Shown here: piece after piece, positions 37,614 to 46,693 of the stretch
Layout: each line of letters starts with the position of its first letter
Numbering within the stretch: position 1 is the stretch's first letter
IMG/VR virus record: IMGVR_UViG_3300024346_000015
Coordinates: 53,615-117,614 of that record
Reading direction: 5' to 3' (one strand)
Source: a virus
DNA: 64,000 bases
Program-made: the position numbers and the translations under genes
Notes under the pieces: generated by a model
Seen by the model: the letters and a program-made list of their open reading frames with translations, nothing else
What the model was told of the DNA's origin: nothing
Databases searched by the model: none

Positions 37614-38584
37614 CAAGCGACCTCTGTCTCGAATGCATCCCAGTTCCATTCACCGTCCATTCCATTCACGGAATACTCAGTGACACGTTTCTCAAAGAAG
37701 TTATCATGTGACGCACCATTCAGTACCCAGTCCAACCACGGTAGTGGATTGTCCTTGACCTTGAAGTTTGGTTTCATACCCAGTTGTAGTAGTCTACGAT
37801 CTGCAATGTGACGGATGTATTGTTTCACATCTGCCTCTGACAGTCCTTCGATGTCTCCAGACTTATATGCAAGTTTGATGAATCGATCTTCTAACTTAAC
37901 AGCGTTCTTCGCCATCTCGTAGATCTTTGACTTCAGTTCATCGTTTACGATACGTGGATGTTCCTCACAGAACTCACGGAACAACTTAGCGTTACCTTGT
38001 ACGTGCATAGTCTCATCACGGATAGACCATTCTACGATTGTACCCATACCCTTCATCTTACCGAAGCGTTGGAAGTTCAACAACATCACGAATGATGCGA
38101 ACAATGACATACCTTCGTTGAATACAGATTGTGCAAGTACAAGTGCGAGTCCAGTATGAGAATGAATGTCACCCTCTTTCATGAAGTCGATCTTGTCGGC
38201 CATCTCCTTGTACTCAAGGAATGCATGGTGTTCTTCGTCAGGTAAACCCAGAGTGTCGTTCAACAATGCATAGGCACGTTGGTGTACACCTTCTCGGTTT
38301 GCGAACGATGATAACATGTTACGGATCTCATTGTTCTTAAACTTAGGAATCAGTAACTCATGGTAGTTCTCCCCTACCTGTACATCCGACTGTGTAAACA
38401 ATCGTAGTACTTGAGTGATGAACTCTTTCTCTTGTTCAGAGAGTTTCGTTCTCCAATCTTGGATATCTTCAGAGAGTTCTGCCTCGTCTTCTACCCAGTG
38501 GATCTCTTCGTGTTTCTTAGTCAGTTCTACTGCCCAAGGAAACATGAATGGTTTATATGTTTTGCTAAATTCTAGTAATGCCAT
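37613..38584 (-). CDS. nrdB: Ribonucleotide reductase class Ia beta subunit
   Basis: REGVH..AY; EG..LF.SF; RDE.MH diiron ligands; NFFE.RVTEY. Confidence 0.97.
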   Translation of the reverse strand: MALLEFSKTYKPFMFPWAVELTKKHEEIHWVEDEAELSEDIQDWRTKLSEQEKEFITQVLRLFTQSDVQVGENYHELLIPKFKNNEIRNMLSSFANREGVHQRAYALLNDTLGLPDEEHHAFLEYKEMADKIDFMKEGDIHSHTGLALVLAQSVFNEGMSLFASFVMLLNFQRFGKMKGMGTIVEWSIRDETMHVQGNAKLFREFCEEHPRIVNDELKSKIYEMAKNAVKLEDRFIKLAYKSGDIEGLSEADVKQYIRHIADRRLLQLGMKPNFKVKDNPLPWLDWVLNGASHDNFFEKRVTEYSVNGMDGEWNWDAFETEVA

Positions 38585-38587
38585 TTA

Positions 38588-40573
38588 TTATCCTTCGCAG
38601 GCCCGACATTCATCGGACTCTTCTAGTTCTACTGGTTTGTTTAGGTGTTCCATCAACTCGTCATATCCACCGACATATTTGCCTTCGATATAGATTTGTG
38701 GTACTGTTTTTACTTTACGTCCGGTAACTTCAGAGGCAGTCTTACCGATATCCGCAAGATCAATATAGTCATACGTGATACCTCGTAATTTTAACTCGTC
38801 CTTTGCCAACTGACAATACGGACATCCTTTCTTACCATAGACAATTGTACGTACATCTTCTGATAGAGCGACACGTTCTACCTTATCCGAAACATTCTCT
38901 GCACGTTGTTTTGCTTCTGTACGTAGGTAGTATAGACCTTTCAGTCCCTTCGCCCACGCACTATAATGAACTAAACTCACATAAGACTTCTCTGCACCGG
39001 CAGGGAAGAATAGGTTAACCGATTGTCCTTGACAGATAAACGGTTGACGTTCTGCAGCATGGGTCACTACCCACATCTGATCTAACTCTTGAGCTGTCTT
39101 GAACACTGACTTCTCACCTTCGGTCAAGAACGGTAGATGTTGTACCGAACCTTTGTTGGTGATAATCGATGTCCAGTTAGACTCGTTGTTCTCACCCTTC
39201 TCATCTAACAATAAGGTCAGGTACTTGTTCTTCACTAGGAATGAACCAGCACGTGTACGGTGAGTATATGCATTTGCCTTCAGTGGTTCAATAGAAGGAC
39301 TTGTACTCAAAATAACACCAGATGATGCATTAGGTGCAATTGCCATCAAGTGAGAGTTTCTCTTACCAGATCCCTCACCATCAAGATACTCTCCACGTTC
39401 AACCGCAAGACGATCTGTCTCTTCGTGCGCTCGATCGTTGATAGTCTCGAACACCACTTTATTCATTTCACGGGCTGTCTCTGACTCCCACGCAACACCA
39501 TGTTTTTGGAGTAAGGAATGGAATCCCATTGCCCCAAGTCCGATACTTCGTTCTCTCGCAGCAGAGTATTTTGCTCGTGAGATCGTATCAGGAGCATTAT
39601 TAATAAAATACTCAAGGACGTTATCAAGCATACGAACAATATCTTGAACAATCGTAGTGTCTTTCCATTCATCGTAATACTCCAGATTCAGAGAAGACAG
39701 ACAACATACGGCAGTACGTTCTGCATCTGTGGGAAGATGTATCTCATTACATAGGTTAGATCCATGAATCTTCAATCCTTTATCTTTCAGTGGTTGTGGC
39801 ATATCCGCATTGGCGGTATCAATAAAGTTCAGGTAAGGTTCACCTGTACGGAATCGTGTCTCTAGGATACGTTCCCATAGTTTACGGGCATCGACTGTGT
39901 CTTTGACCGCATCGTCCTTCGGATCACGCAGATCAAAAGAACTTCCCTGTTTAACTGCCTCCATGAACTCGTTACTAATGTTAAGTGCATTGTGAAGGTT
40001 CAATGCCTTTCGTTGCACATCACCTGTCGGGATACGCATGTTTAGAAATTCGATAATGTCTGGATGACTCACATCCATATACGCAGCATAAGAACCCTTT
40101 CGAGTCTTACCTTGTCTATACGCAATCATGTCCGCATCTACGGTATGTAGGAACGGCATCGGGCCAGGCGCAATGTCACTTACTGTACGTACATCACTCC
40201 AGTGTCCACCTACACCACCACCATAAACAGACAACCACCTCAACTCAGATGAATGGTCGATTAGTCCCTCAAGTGTGTCCGGAACATATGTCAGGAAACA
40301 ACTGATAGGCATCCCCTTACCTTTACCATCACCATTAGGTGCATTAGATAGTACCGGAGACGCAAACATAAACCACTTCTTACTTACGTAGTCATAGAGA
40401 CGTTGTGCAAGTTCAGGATCTAGTTCATCCTTGTATGTACTCCAAGCTGTCGCTGCACGTGCATATGCTTGTTGGGGAGAATCTTCTTTTGCGGTCAAAT
40501 AAAAATCTTTCAACATACCTACTGCGTAATCGGCCAGTAGATCATCCATAGATCTATTAATTTTTATTTTCAT
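38588..40573 (-). CDS. nrdA: Ribonucleotide reductase class Ia alpha subunit with inserted glutaredoxin domain
   Basis: PISCF; SNLCNEI; IAPNASS; KGLYYLR; then CPYC...TVPQIYI..GGYD, then terminal CRACEG. Confidence 0.96.
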   Translation of the reverse strand: MKIKINRSMDDLLADYAVGMLKDFYLTAKEDSPQQAYARAATAWSTYKDELDPELAQRLYDYVSKKWFMFASPVLSNAPNGDGKGKGMPISCFLTYVPDTLEGLIDHSSELRWLSVYGGGVGGHWSDVRTVSDIAPGPMPFLHTVDADMIAYRQGKTRKGSYAAYMDVSHPDIIEFLNMRIPTGDVQRKALNLHNALNISNEFMEAVKQGSSFDLRDPKDDAVKDTVDARKLWERILETRFRTGEPYLNFIDTANADMPQPLKDKGLKIHGSNLCNEIHLPTDAERTAVCCLSSLNLEYYDEWKDTTIVQDIVRMLDNVLEYFINNAPDTISRAKYSAARERSIGLGAMGFHSLLQKHGVAWESETAREMNKVVFETINDRAHEETDRLAVERGEYLDGEGSGKRNSHLMAIAPNASSGVILSTSPSIEPLKANAYTHRTRAGSFLVKNKYLTLLLDEKGENNESNWTSIITNKGSVQHLPFLTEGEKSVFKTAQELDQMWVVTHAAERQPFICQGQSVNLFFPAGAEKSYVSLVHYSAWAKGLKGLYYLRTEAKQRAENVSDKVERVALSEDVRTIVYGKKGCPYCQLAKDELKLRGITYDYIDLADIGKTASEVTGRKVKTVPQIYIEGKYVGGYDELMEHLNKPVELEESDECRACEG

Positions 40574-40576
40574 ATT

Positions 40577-40948
40577 TTATCCATTGTTCTGTTTAGTATG
40601 TTGACTATAATCGTAAATTGGTAACTCATCGTTGAAGTCGATTTCTTCAATGAGTAATTGTTTACCCGTTCTTTGAAACTCTCTTATCTGTTTCACCATG
40701 TAATCCATCTGTTCGCCAGAGTCGAGAAGACCTTCCCACATCATATGATTAGTGAGAGACTGGTGATAATTCTCTGTGAGAAACCTGTCGGGGTGAAGAT
40801 ATTTATCATCGCAACCATCTAGAGCGACATAAATTAAGCGACCAGTTATACCTTCTCGGTCGTAAGTATTTTGGATATCGTGTATCCATTTGAGATCCTC
40901 TCCTTCTTTGATAAAAAAGATCGGATCTCCATAATCAAGAAACTCCAT
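40577..40948 (-). CDS. Hypothetical protein
   Basis: Downstream of promoter TTGACA-N17-TATACT (40985-41013). Confidence 0.6.
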   Translation of the reverse strand: MEFLDYGDPIFFIKEGEDLKWIHDIQNTYDREGITGRLIYVALDGCDDKYLHPDRFLTENYHQSLTNHMMWEGLLDSGEQMDYMVKQIREFQRTGKQLLIEEIDFNDELPIYDYSQHTKQNNG

Positions 40949-40990
40949 GAAACTTCCTTAGTGGTTAGTTTTATCTAGGAGTGCAGTATA

Positions 40991-41452
40991 TCACAATCCA
41001 CGTGACTTGTCAATAGCCCGTGACCCAAACCAGAAAGAAATAATTGCGGCGAAGATTGCCTTGGTGTCATCATCCCAAAGGACGTTCAATGCTTGTGTCA
41101 GATCTGCACCCTTATCAAGGGCATCCATCAGAAGACTGACTTCGATCGCAGCAAAGAGTCCGAAGAAACAATAGGTGATAACTGGACGTACAGACTTCTG
41201 AAGGCCTGCGATGATACCAGTCGATTTTGCGATTGCGATATCATGATCGATCAATCGTTGATGTTCTTGATCCGATGCTTGTTGTTCATACATCTTGATG
41301 TCTTGGTCAAATCCCATCTTGCGGAGTTCCGCCATGTGGGTCATCTGTTCAAGTTTAAATTTGTTGTCTGCCTTTGTCTTGAAGTGATCTGTTATTGCGG
41401 GTACTACTGACCCACCGAATCCCAAAAGACTGCCTAATAATCCACTAACCAT
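40991..41452 (-). CDS. Membrane protein, 3TM-holin-like
   Basis: SVRPVITY.F; AAII.FWFG.RA. Confidence 0.6.
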   Translation of the reverse strand: MVSGLLGSLLGFGGSVVPAITDHFKTKADNKFKLEQMTHMAELRKMGFDQDIKMYEQQASDQEHQRLIDHDIAIAKSTGIIAGLQKSVRPVITYCFFGLFAAIEVSLLMDALDKGADLTQALNVLWDDDTKAIFAAIISFWFGSRAIDKSRGL

Positions 41453-41460
41453 TTTCTACC

Positions 41461-41622
41461 TCACTTTGCTATACGCTTTAGTACTTTTTCAATATCTTTA
41501 CGTTTCTTCTTACGGTCATACTTCTTACGCATTACTACGGTATCGGAATCATCTCCCGCACCCGCAACAGACGAAGTAGTCGTACCACCCATGTCTTCAA
41601 TAAACTTTTTAAAATTCTTCAT
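41461..41622 (-). CDS. 53-aa basic protein with internal-protein-like N-terminus
   Basis: Hand translation MKNFKKFIEDMGGTTTSSVAGAGDD...RKKYDRKKKRK. Confidence 0.6.
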   Translation of the reverse strand: MKNFKKFIEDMGGTTTSSVAGAGDDSDTVVMRKKYDRKKKRKDIEKVLKRIAK

Positions 41623-41634
41623 ATCTACCTCTAC

Positions 41635-42243
41635 TTATACTCGTTTTAACAGGGTGGCCCAAGATTTATCTTCGACCAGACTCCCGTCTTTAGCGAACGC
41701 AGTTACACGGTAAGTAAATCGTTCTATTGGTTCAAATGCGGACAAGATGTCTTGTTCGAATTGTTTAACGACATGATGAATGGGTTCCTCATCTGTTCTC
41801 ATAACAAGAATGTATTCGGCACCGTTATCGTCTGCCTTCTGAAAGTATTGAGCAATGCTTCGGTGATTACTACCGGCATCAAATATCCATAGGTCGTGGA
41901 TGTTTTCTATCTCTTGAGTGTAATCCTTTATGTCTGCGATAACACCTTGGAATCGTCCACCGAATATACCACGGATGACATGCATGTTCTCTCTACTGTA
42001 ACCGTATCGATCATCATCAACACTGGTAAACCTAACTTGACCATCGTGTTGTAACCACAATAAAGAACTGTGTCCGGCTCCAAATCCTAGTTCAACTACA
42101 CTGGTCGCCCCAGTACGATCGTAGACTTTATCTATCATGTCTACGGTAGTGGTATGTAAGGACATGTATGCTTCGAGAACTTTACCTTGGTTACCTAGTG
42201 CGATATACTCGTCTACTAGATTATCAACAGACAATGTGGTCAT
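41635..42243 (-). CDS. Class I SAM methyltransferase-like
   Basis: VVELGFGAGHSS; SVD; WIFDAG. Confidence 0.7.
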   Translation of the reverse strand: MTTLSVDNLVDEYIALGNQGKVLEAYMSLHTTTVDMIDKVYDRTGATSVVELGFGAGHSSLLWLQHDGQVRFTSVDDDRYGYSRENMHVIRGIFGGRFQGVIADIKDYTQEIENIHDLWIFDAGSNHRSIAQYFQKADDNGAEYILVMRTDEEPIHHVVKQFEQDILSAFEPIERFTYRVTAFAKDGSLVEDKSWATLLKRV

Positions 42244-42833
42244 TTAGTGATATCCGATATGGTTACTAATACTTTGTGTCCAGACTTCATGTGAGTACCC
42301 TCGTAGATATTGAGTCCAAGAATACTGTCTATAGGAAGTGTCTTCTCTATACGTAACTGGTCACCCTTGCGAACTACCTCTGCACATTGGGTAGTCATTG
42401 AATCGTACTTCATACGATAGATGCCTGGCCCGATCTCTTCACCATCGATCATGAACCATTGGTGATCTTCTGCCAGACAATCTAGAATGTCGATACCTGT
42501 CTTCTCGTGGATCTTCATCAGGTTCGAATCTGACAACTCACCATGTTCTTTAATCAATGCGAGTGCGGCACCATATCGTGCAACTACCGACTGACCGCCA
42601 GGCACCTTTGCCATGATTCGTTTTAAATTGAAAACAAGTCTATGGAAGGGGGTGTAGTGACTACGATACGCTTCACGGTCATCTGTCAAGTTGGTACTGA
42701 AATCCTTATTCTTCTTACCGTCTTTGTCAATGATACCTGCCTTGAACGCATCGGTATCCTCGAAAGGGGTAACTAAGAGTTTGAGGAATCTAATTGTATA
42801 GACTAGATCCGCAGCTGATTTTAAAATTCCCAT
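42240..42833 (-). CDS. Conserved late T4-like hypothetical protein
   Basis: RFLKLLVTPF...AFK.GIID.DG; YTPFHRLVFNLKR; TATAAATA at 42859-42866. Confidence 0.75.
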   Translation of the reverse strand: MGILKSAADLVYTIRFLKLLVTPFEDTDAFKAGIIDKDGKKNKDFSTNLTDDREAYRSHYTPFHRLVFNLKRIMAKVPGGQSVVARYGAALALIKEHGELSDSNLMKIHEKTGIDILDCLAEDHQWFMIDGEEIGPGIYRMKYDSMTTQCAEVVRKGDQLRIEKTLPIDSILGLNIYEGTHMKSGHKVLVTISDITK

Positions 42834-42861
42834 TATCTTTTCTCTAAAGGTTTATCTTTAT

Positions 42862-43230
42862 TTATAGTCTGGCGATTTCACGTAGTGCTTGAATCGCAAC
42901 TTTATCCATTTCAATACCCGTTATTTCATCATTTTTGATGGCACGGAGATATATTAGGAAGGGTTTGAGTGTGGGCCAGTGTTCTACTACGATTTTCTGT
43001 GCCAACATCTCAACGGCAGGTTCAGTACCGAATACATTGAGTAGGACAATAAGGTGATTTAGGATTAGTCTCTCTGACAAATCTCCCCCACCATAGTACC
43101 TATTCAACAATCGTTTGATGTACTTGAATCGTTTTAGATCTTCGAAGAACTCGTCTTCGTCAATACAGGTGGGGTTACGATAATGCTTTGCTGCATATAA
43201 CGTGAAGTTATTTCTGTTTAGTTCCATCAT
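42862..43230 (-). CDS. Conserved T4-like hypothetical protein
   Basis: L...NF..YA.KHY.NP.C....EF.EDLKR.KYIKRL; RLILNH.I.L.N.FG. Confidence 0.78.
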   Translation of the reverse strand: MMELNRNNFTLYAAKHYRNPTCIDEDEFFEDLKRFKYIKRLLNRYYGGGDLSERLILNHLIVLLNVFGTEPAVEMLAQKIVVEHWPTLKPFLIYLRAIKNDEITGIEMDKVAIQALREIARL

Positions 43231-44233
43231 TAACCAATCTCAAAGATTTATAAAATGTGTCTTCATATTTAGTCTCTAGGTTAGACTCTATAATATAGTC
43301 CATCAGAGTTACCATCCACTCATAAGAAAACCTACCATCCGGAATATTCTCTTTCATTTTGTTCATGACGACTCCAGTGGGGTCAGGTGAGTACAAGTAT
43401 GTGAACTCGTCCTCTTCGTCATGATAGGCGACATCTAGTTCACCTCTCACACCTTTCTGTTTGATCTCCCACCATTGCATAGTGTCTTCACCTACCAACA
43501 ATTTGGGATCATAATTTATATGGGACGCACCTTTACGTGAGAAGAATACCATACGATTGAAGAGATCCCGATAACCGTTTTTGTTCTTTGTCGGATTGGA
43601 CATCTTCCAACATAGTTTTTCGAACGCAACTCTTGACTTTGCCCATTCCATCATGGTATTATCGTCACACCAATCGTAGACCATCTCATGATCACTAAAC
43701 TCAGGGCCGCGACACCGTTGCTTTCTCCACCAGTTCGTCCAATCTGTGGGTAGGCATTCATTTATCTCTTTATCTAGTTTTGCCCATCCTTTAGTTCGAG
43801 ACCACGATTCGACCACATCGTTACCATTTTTGTCCTTAGTAAACTGAGTCGCTACTTTACTCCACTGATTGACAAGGGCAACTACATCTGGAGGAGACGG
43901 GTGTTCAGATAACTGTCGGTAGAACTCTACGCCATATTCAGTGACTATATCGTCACCGTCAACGGCAACCATATGTTCATGAGTAGACTCAAGGAACAAT
44001 CGAATTAACGAGTTTTTTCCGGTAGATGGAGTTCCATCAGATTCGGTAACATAGTGTTCTATACCCATGAACCAACAGTAGTCGGTCGCACGTTCCACGT
44101 AATCCTTATCCAGAGAGTTGATAACTACAATAAGATCTTCGCGGGGAATCGTTCGCAAGTGTTTTACAAACAAGCAATTGTCGGGGTTGTGACGGAGGGA
44201 TTTATCCCTAGATAGTAAGACATAATATTTCAT
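43208..44233 (-). CDS. GT-A-fold glycosyltransferase-like protein
   Basis: VAVDGDDI; GEDT motif; GTP..GKN. Confidence 0.55.
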   Translation of the reverse strand: MKYYVLLSRDKSLRHNPDNCLFVKHLRTIPREDLIVVINSLDKDYVERATDYCWFMGIEHYVTESDGTPSTGKNSLIRLFLESTHEHMVAVDGDDIVTEYGVEFYRQLSEHPSPPDVVALVNQWSKVATQFTKDKNGNDVVESWSRTKGWAKLDKEINECLPTDWTNWWRKQRCRGPEFSDHEMVYDWCDDNTMMEWAKSRVAFEKLCWKMSNPTKNKNGYRDLFNRMVFFSRKGASHINYDPKLLVGEDTMQWWEIKQKGVRGELDVAYHDEEDEFTYLYSPDPTGVVMNKMKENIPDGRFSYEWMVTLMDYIIESNLETKYEDTFYKSLRLVNDGTKQK

Positions 44234-44263
44234 GTAACTATCTAGGGATATGTTTGGACAGGT

Positions 44264-44602
44264 TTATCCTACGATTTCATTCATTTGAGCTAGTAGGTCT
44301 TTCTTAGAACGTCTACGATCTAATTCCACACCCATAGTACGTCCCAGTGCTTCTAGTTCGATCTTAGTCATTTCTTCTAACGACTTACCACCTACAGGTG
44401 CTTCAGTCAACATAGACACATCAGCACCACCCAGTTTGGCGTTAACAAGAAGATCGATCTCATCCTGTTCGCCATGGAATTCATTGATCTGTGCTTGAGT
44501 GAAACCACTCGATATAAACAGTTCTCCGGTGTTCGGATCTTCCCAACCGTTTAGGGTTGGTACTGCGTCTGGACACCAGCCTGGAGCTCTTAATTTAGAC
44601 AT
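44264..44602 (-). CDS. Hypothetical protein with C-terminal helix-extension-helix-like domain
   Basis: MTK.ELEA.GR..GVELDRR.SK..L. Confidence 0.7.
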   Translation of the reverse strand: MSKLRAPGWCPDAVPTLNGWEDPNTGELFISSGFTQAQINEFHGEQDEIDLLVNAKLGGADVSMLTEAPVGGKSLEEMTKIELEALGRTMGVELDRRRSKKDLLAQMNEIVG

Positions 44603-44619
44603 AATCTTTTACCTTTGTT

Positions 44620-45576
44620 TTATGATTTACGGAGTTGTTCCAAAGTACGTTGAATCAGATCAGAATGTTCCTTAACAGGTTTTGGTGCAGCGTCACCCTG
44701 TCCAGTATCGCCTGGCAGTTTCTTGGGTGATGGGCCACCTTTACCAGCAGCAGTAGTAACCTTAACCGCATCTTCGTAACTGTCTTCAAGTTTCTTATCA
44801 GACTTAGCGTGTAACTCAGCGAATGCTTTCTCTTGAGGAGACTGAGTCTCACCGTGTTCTTCGCCAGGTGCTTTGCTTTCCAACAGACCCATGAGTTCAC
44901 TGATCAATGCGTCAGATGATTCTTTAAATGATTCTTTTTTCATTGCTTTACCAATTGCCTTACGTCTCTTATGTAGGAACTTATCAGAAGAATCGACATC
45001 ACCATCGTTATCAATGTCTTTGTCTTTACGATCTTTGAACTTCTTCTTAGCAGCTTTAGGGTCTGCCTTGTCAAGTCCTTCACCGTCATCTTCGTCATCG
45101 TTAGATGCGTCTTCTTTGACATCATCTTTCTCAACGTCTTTCTCTAGTTCGGTCTTCTCGTCTTCTTTCTTCTTTTTCTTCTTAGGCTTATCTTCAGACT
45201 CTTCACCAGAATCTTTCTCTTCGCCTTCGTCTTCGTCTTCGTCTTTCTCTACGTCAACGTCTTTACCAGCAGGAACTGCTTTCTTACCGGACTCTTCTTC
45301 GTCATCCGACTTCTTCTTACCTACAGCAGCTTTCTTCAGAAGTTCAGGATCGATGTCTTCGTTCTGACGTTTCAGTACCGCAGCAACCTGTGGATGCTGA
45401 GATAGACCCTTGGCGAGTTTCTCGATTGTTTTAACTGCACCAGAGTAGTTACCACCAGCGTAACGTTTATCGGATGCAATCCCTATGGCTTGTTTGATAA
45501 CTTTCGCATCAAACTTCGCTTCAGAGACAACCTCAAGATATGCCTCTTTCATTTTGTTAATATCTTGACTGTTCAT
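44620..45576 (-). CDS. Highly charged low-complexity late protein (probable head core/internal protein)
   Basis: Acidic and Lys-rich tracts; KDIDNDGDVDSSDKFLHKRRKAI motif. Confidence 0.7.
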   Translation of the reverse strand: MNSQDINKMKEAYLEVVSEAKFDAKVIKQAIGIASDKRYAGGNYSGAVKTIEKLAKGLSQHPQVAAVLKRQNEDIDPELLKKAAVGKKKSDDEEESGKKAVPAGKDVDVEKDEDEDEGEEKDSGEESEDKPKKKKKKEDEKTELEKDVEKDDVKEDASNDDEDDGEGLDKADPKAAKKKFKDRKDKDIDNDGDVDSSDKFLHKRRKAIGKAMKKESFKESSDALISELMGLLESKAPGEEHGETQSPQEKAFAELHAKSDKKLEDSYEDAVKVTTAAGKGGPSPKKLPGDTGQGDAAPKPVKEHSDLIQRTLEQLRKS

Positions 45577-45584
45577 GTCGTCTC

Positions 45585-45872
45585 CTATTGACTTAACCAG
45601 AAGTAGTCTGTCACAACACCAACTGTCGCGATAGCTACCATGTATACTATTGAGTTAATTATTTTAATGGTGTGACCTTGGTCATCCACCTTTCTTTCTA
45701 TATCATCTAACTTCTGAGAGAACTTATTCATTCTCTCGAAATGGTTATTGTGGTTGTTCTCTATGCCGATAAGTTTTTCTTCAGCACGAGCCAATGCAAT
45801 CATGGCATCAGAGAGTTTATCAATCTTCTCCTCGATACGATCTAATCGCTTTTGGTTTGTATCTGTTGCCAT
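45585..45872 (-). CDS. Coiled-coil protein with C-terminal TM helix
   Basis: RLDRIEEKIDKLS..; late promoter at 45915-45922. Confidence 0.7.
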   Translation of the reverse strand: MATDTNQKRLDRIEEKIDKLSDAMIALARAEEKLIGIENNHNNHFERMNKFSQKLDDIERKVDDQGHTIKIINSIVYMVAIATVGVVTDYFWLSQ

Positions 45873-45917
45873 TACTTCATCGTTCCCATATGTTAAAAGT
45901 CGGTTGACTTATACTAT

Positions 45918-46190
45918 TTATACTTCTAAGATACGCAGTATTAAGGTATCTGTTCCTTTTATTAATCGGTGGTACTCCATCTTAGTGATGGTGTAGCTAT
46001 GTCCTTCTAATAATTCGATTGGTTCTTCGTTGTCCATTTGAAGTTCCCAACCATATCCTTCCATGACTATAATCCTTCGATCTCGTTTGTCCCTATGCCA
46101 GACTAGTTCCTCGTCAGCAACATTGGGATCAAATGTCCTAAGTCTACTACCATCATGTAAGTTTAACTCAAGATAAGGACGATCTACCAA
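45918..46190 (-). CDS. Cupin-like small protein
   Basis: WHRD...R; GW..Q.D.E.P; YHRLIKG. Confidence 0.6.
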   Translation of the reverse strand: MVDRPYLELNLHDGSRLRTFDPNVADEELVWHRDKRDRRIIVMEGYGWELQMDNEEPIELLEGHSYTITKMEYHRLIKGTDTLILRILEV

Positions 46191-46693
46191 AAGAAACTAC
46201 CGCCTCCGGAGAGACCTAGTTGTTTTGCGTATCGCGGTAAACGACATGCCCAGTATGCAGCGGTCATACGATCATTCTGTTGGTCACACTTGTGACGTGC
46301 AGCGAATGATTTGCGTGCCTTGGGGTCGTTTAGTTTAACTTTAAGTCCGGTGGTGTCACCCCAAGAGATCTTCTTGATGTTACCTGTAGAAGGATCTTTG
46401 ACGTGTACGTAATACTTCTTAGGGCCACCGGCTTTGGGTTTACCCAGTTCTGGTTCTTTCTCTTCGAAGATGCAATCTAATGCAACGTTCTCTCCATTGA
46501 ACTCAGCAAACTCACCTAGATTACCTTCCATGATGTCTACTTCGGATGGATCAATCTCTAGGTTACCAGCATAGTAATCTTCACGACACTGTCTCCAGTA
46601 ATCGAAATACGCCTCTGATCCAACCCGATAGATATTACTCTCTACTAGGTTAGATTCAGATCCGCAGTTACAATGGTCGTTAAATGATTTCAT
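46184..46693 (-). CDS. Late protein with ARKSFAARHKC motif (DUF6321-like, from memory)
   Basis: KKISWGD; KARKSFAARHKCD; YWACR. Confidence 0.7.
   Translation of the reverse strand: MKSFNDHCNCGSESNLVESNIYRVGSEAYFDYWRQCREDYYAGNLEIDPSEVDIMEGNLGEFAEFNGENVALDCIFEEKEPELGKPKAGGPKKYYVHVKDPSTGNIKKISWGDTTGLKVKLNDPKARKSFAARHKCDQQNDRMTAAYWACRLPRYAKQLGLSGGGSFFW

Noticed and set aside
44873-45367. 164-aa Ser-rich plus-strand ORF
   Set aside because: Reverse-complement artefact of Glu/Asp/Lys-rich codons.
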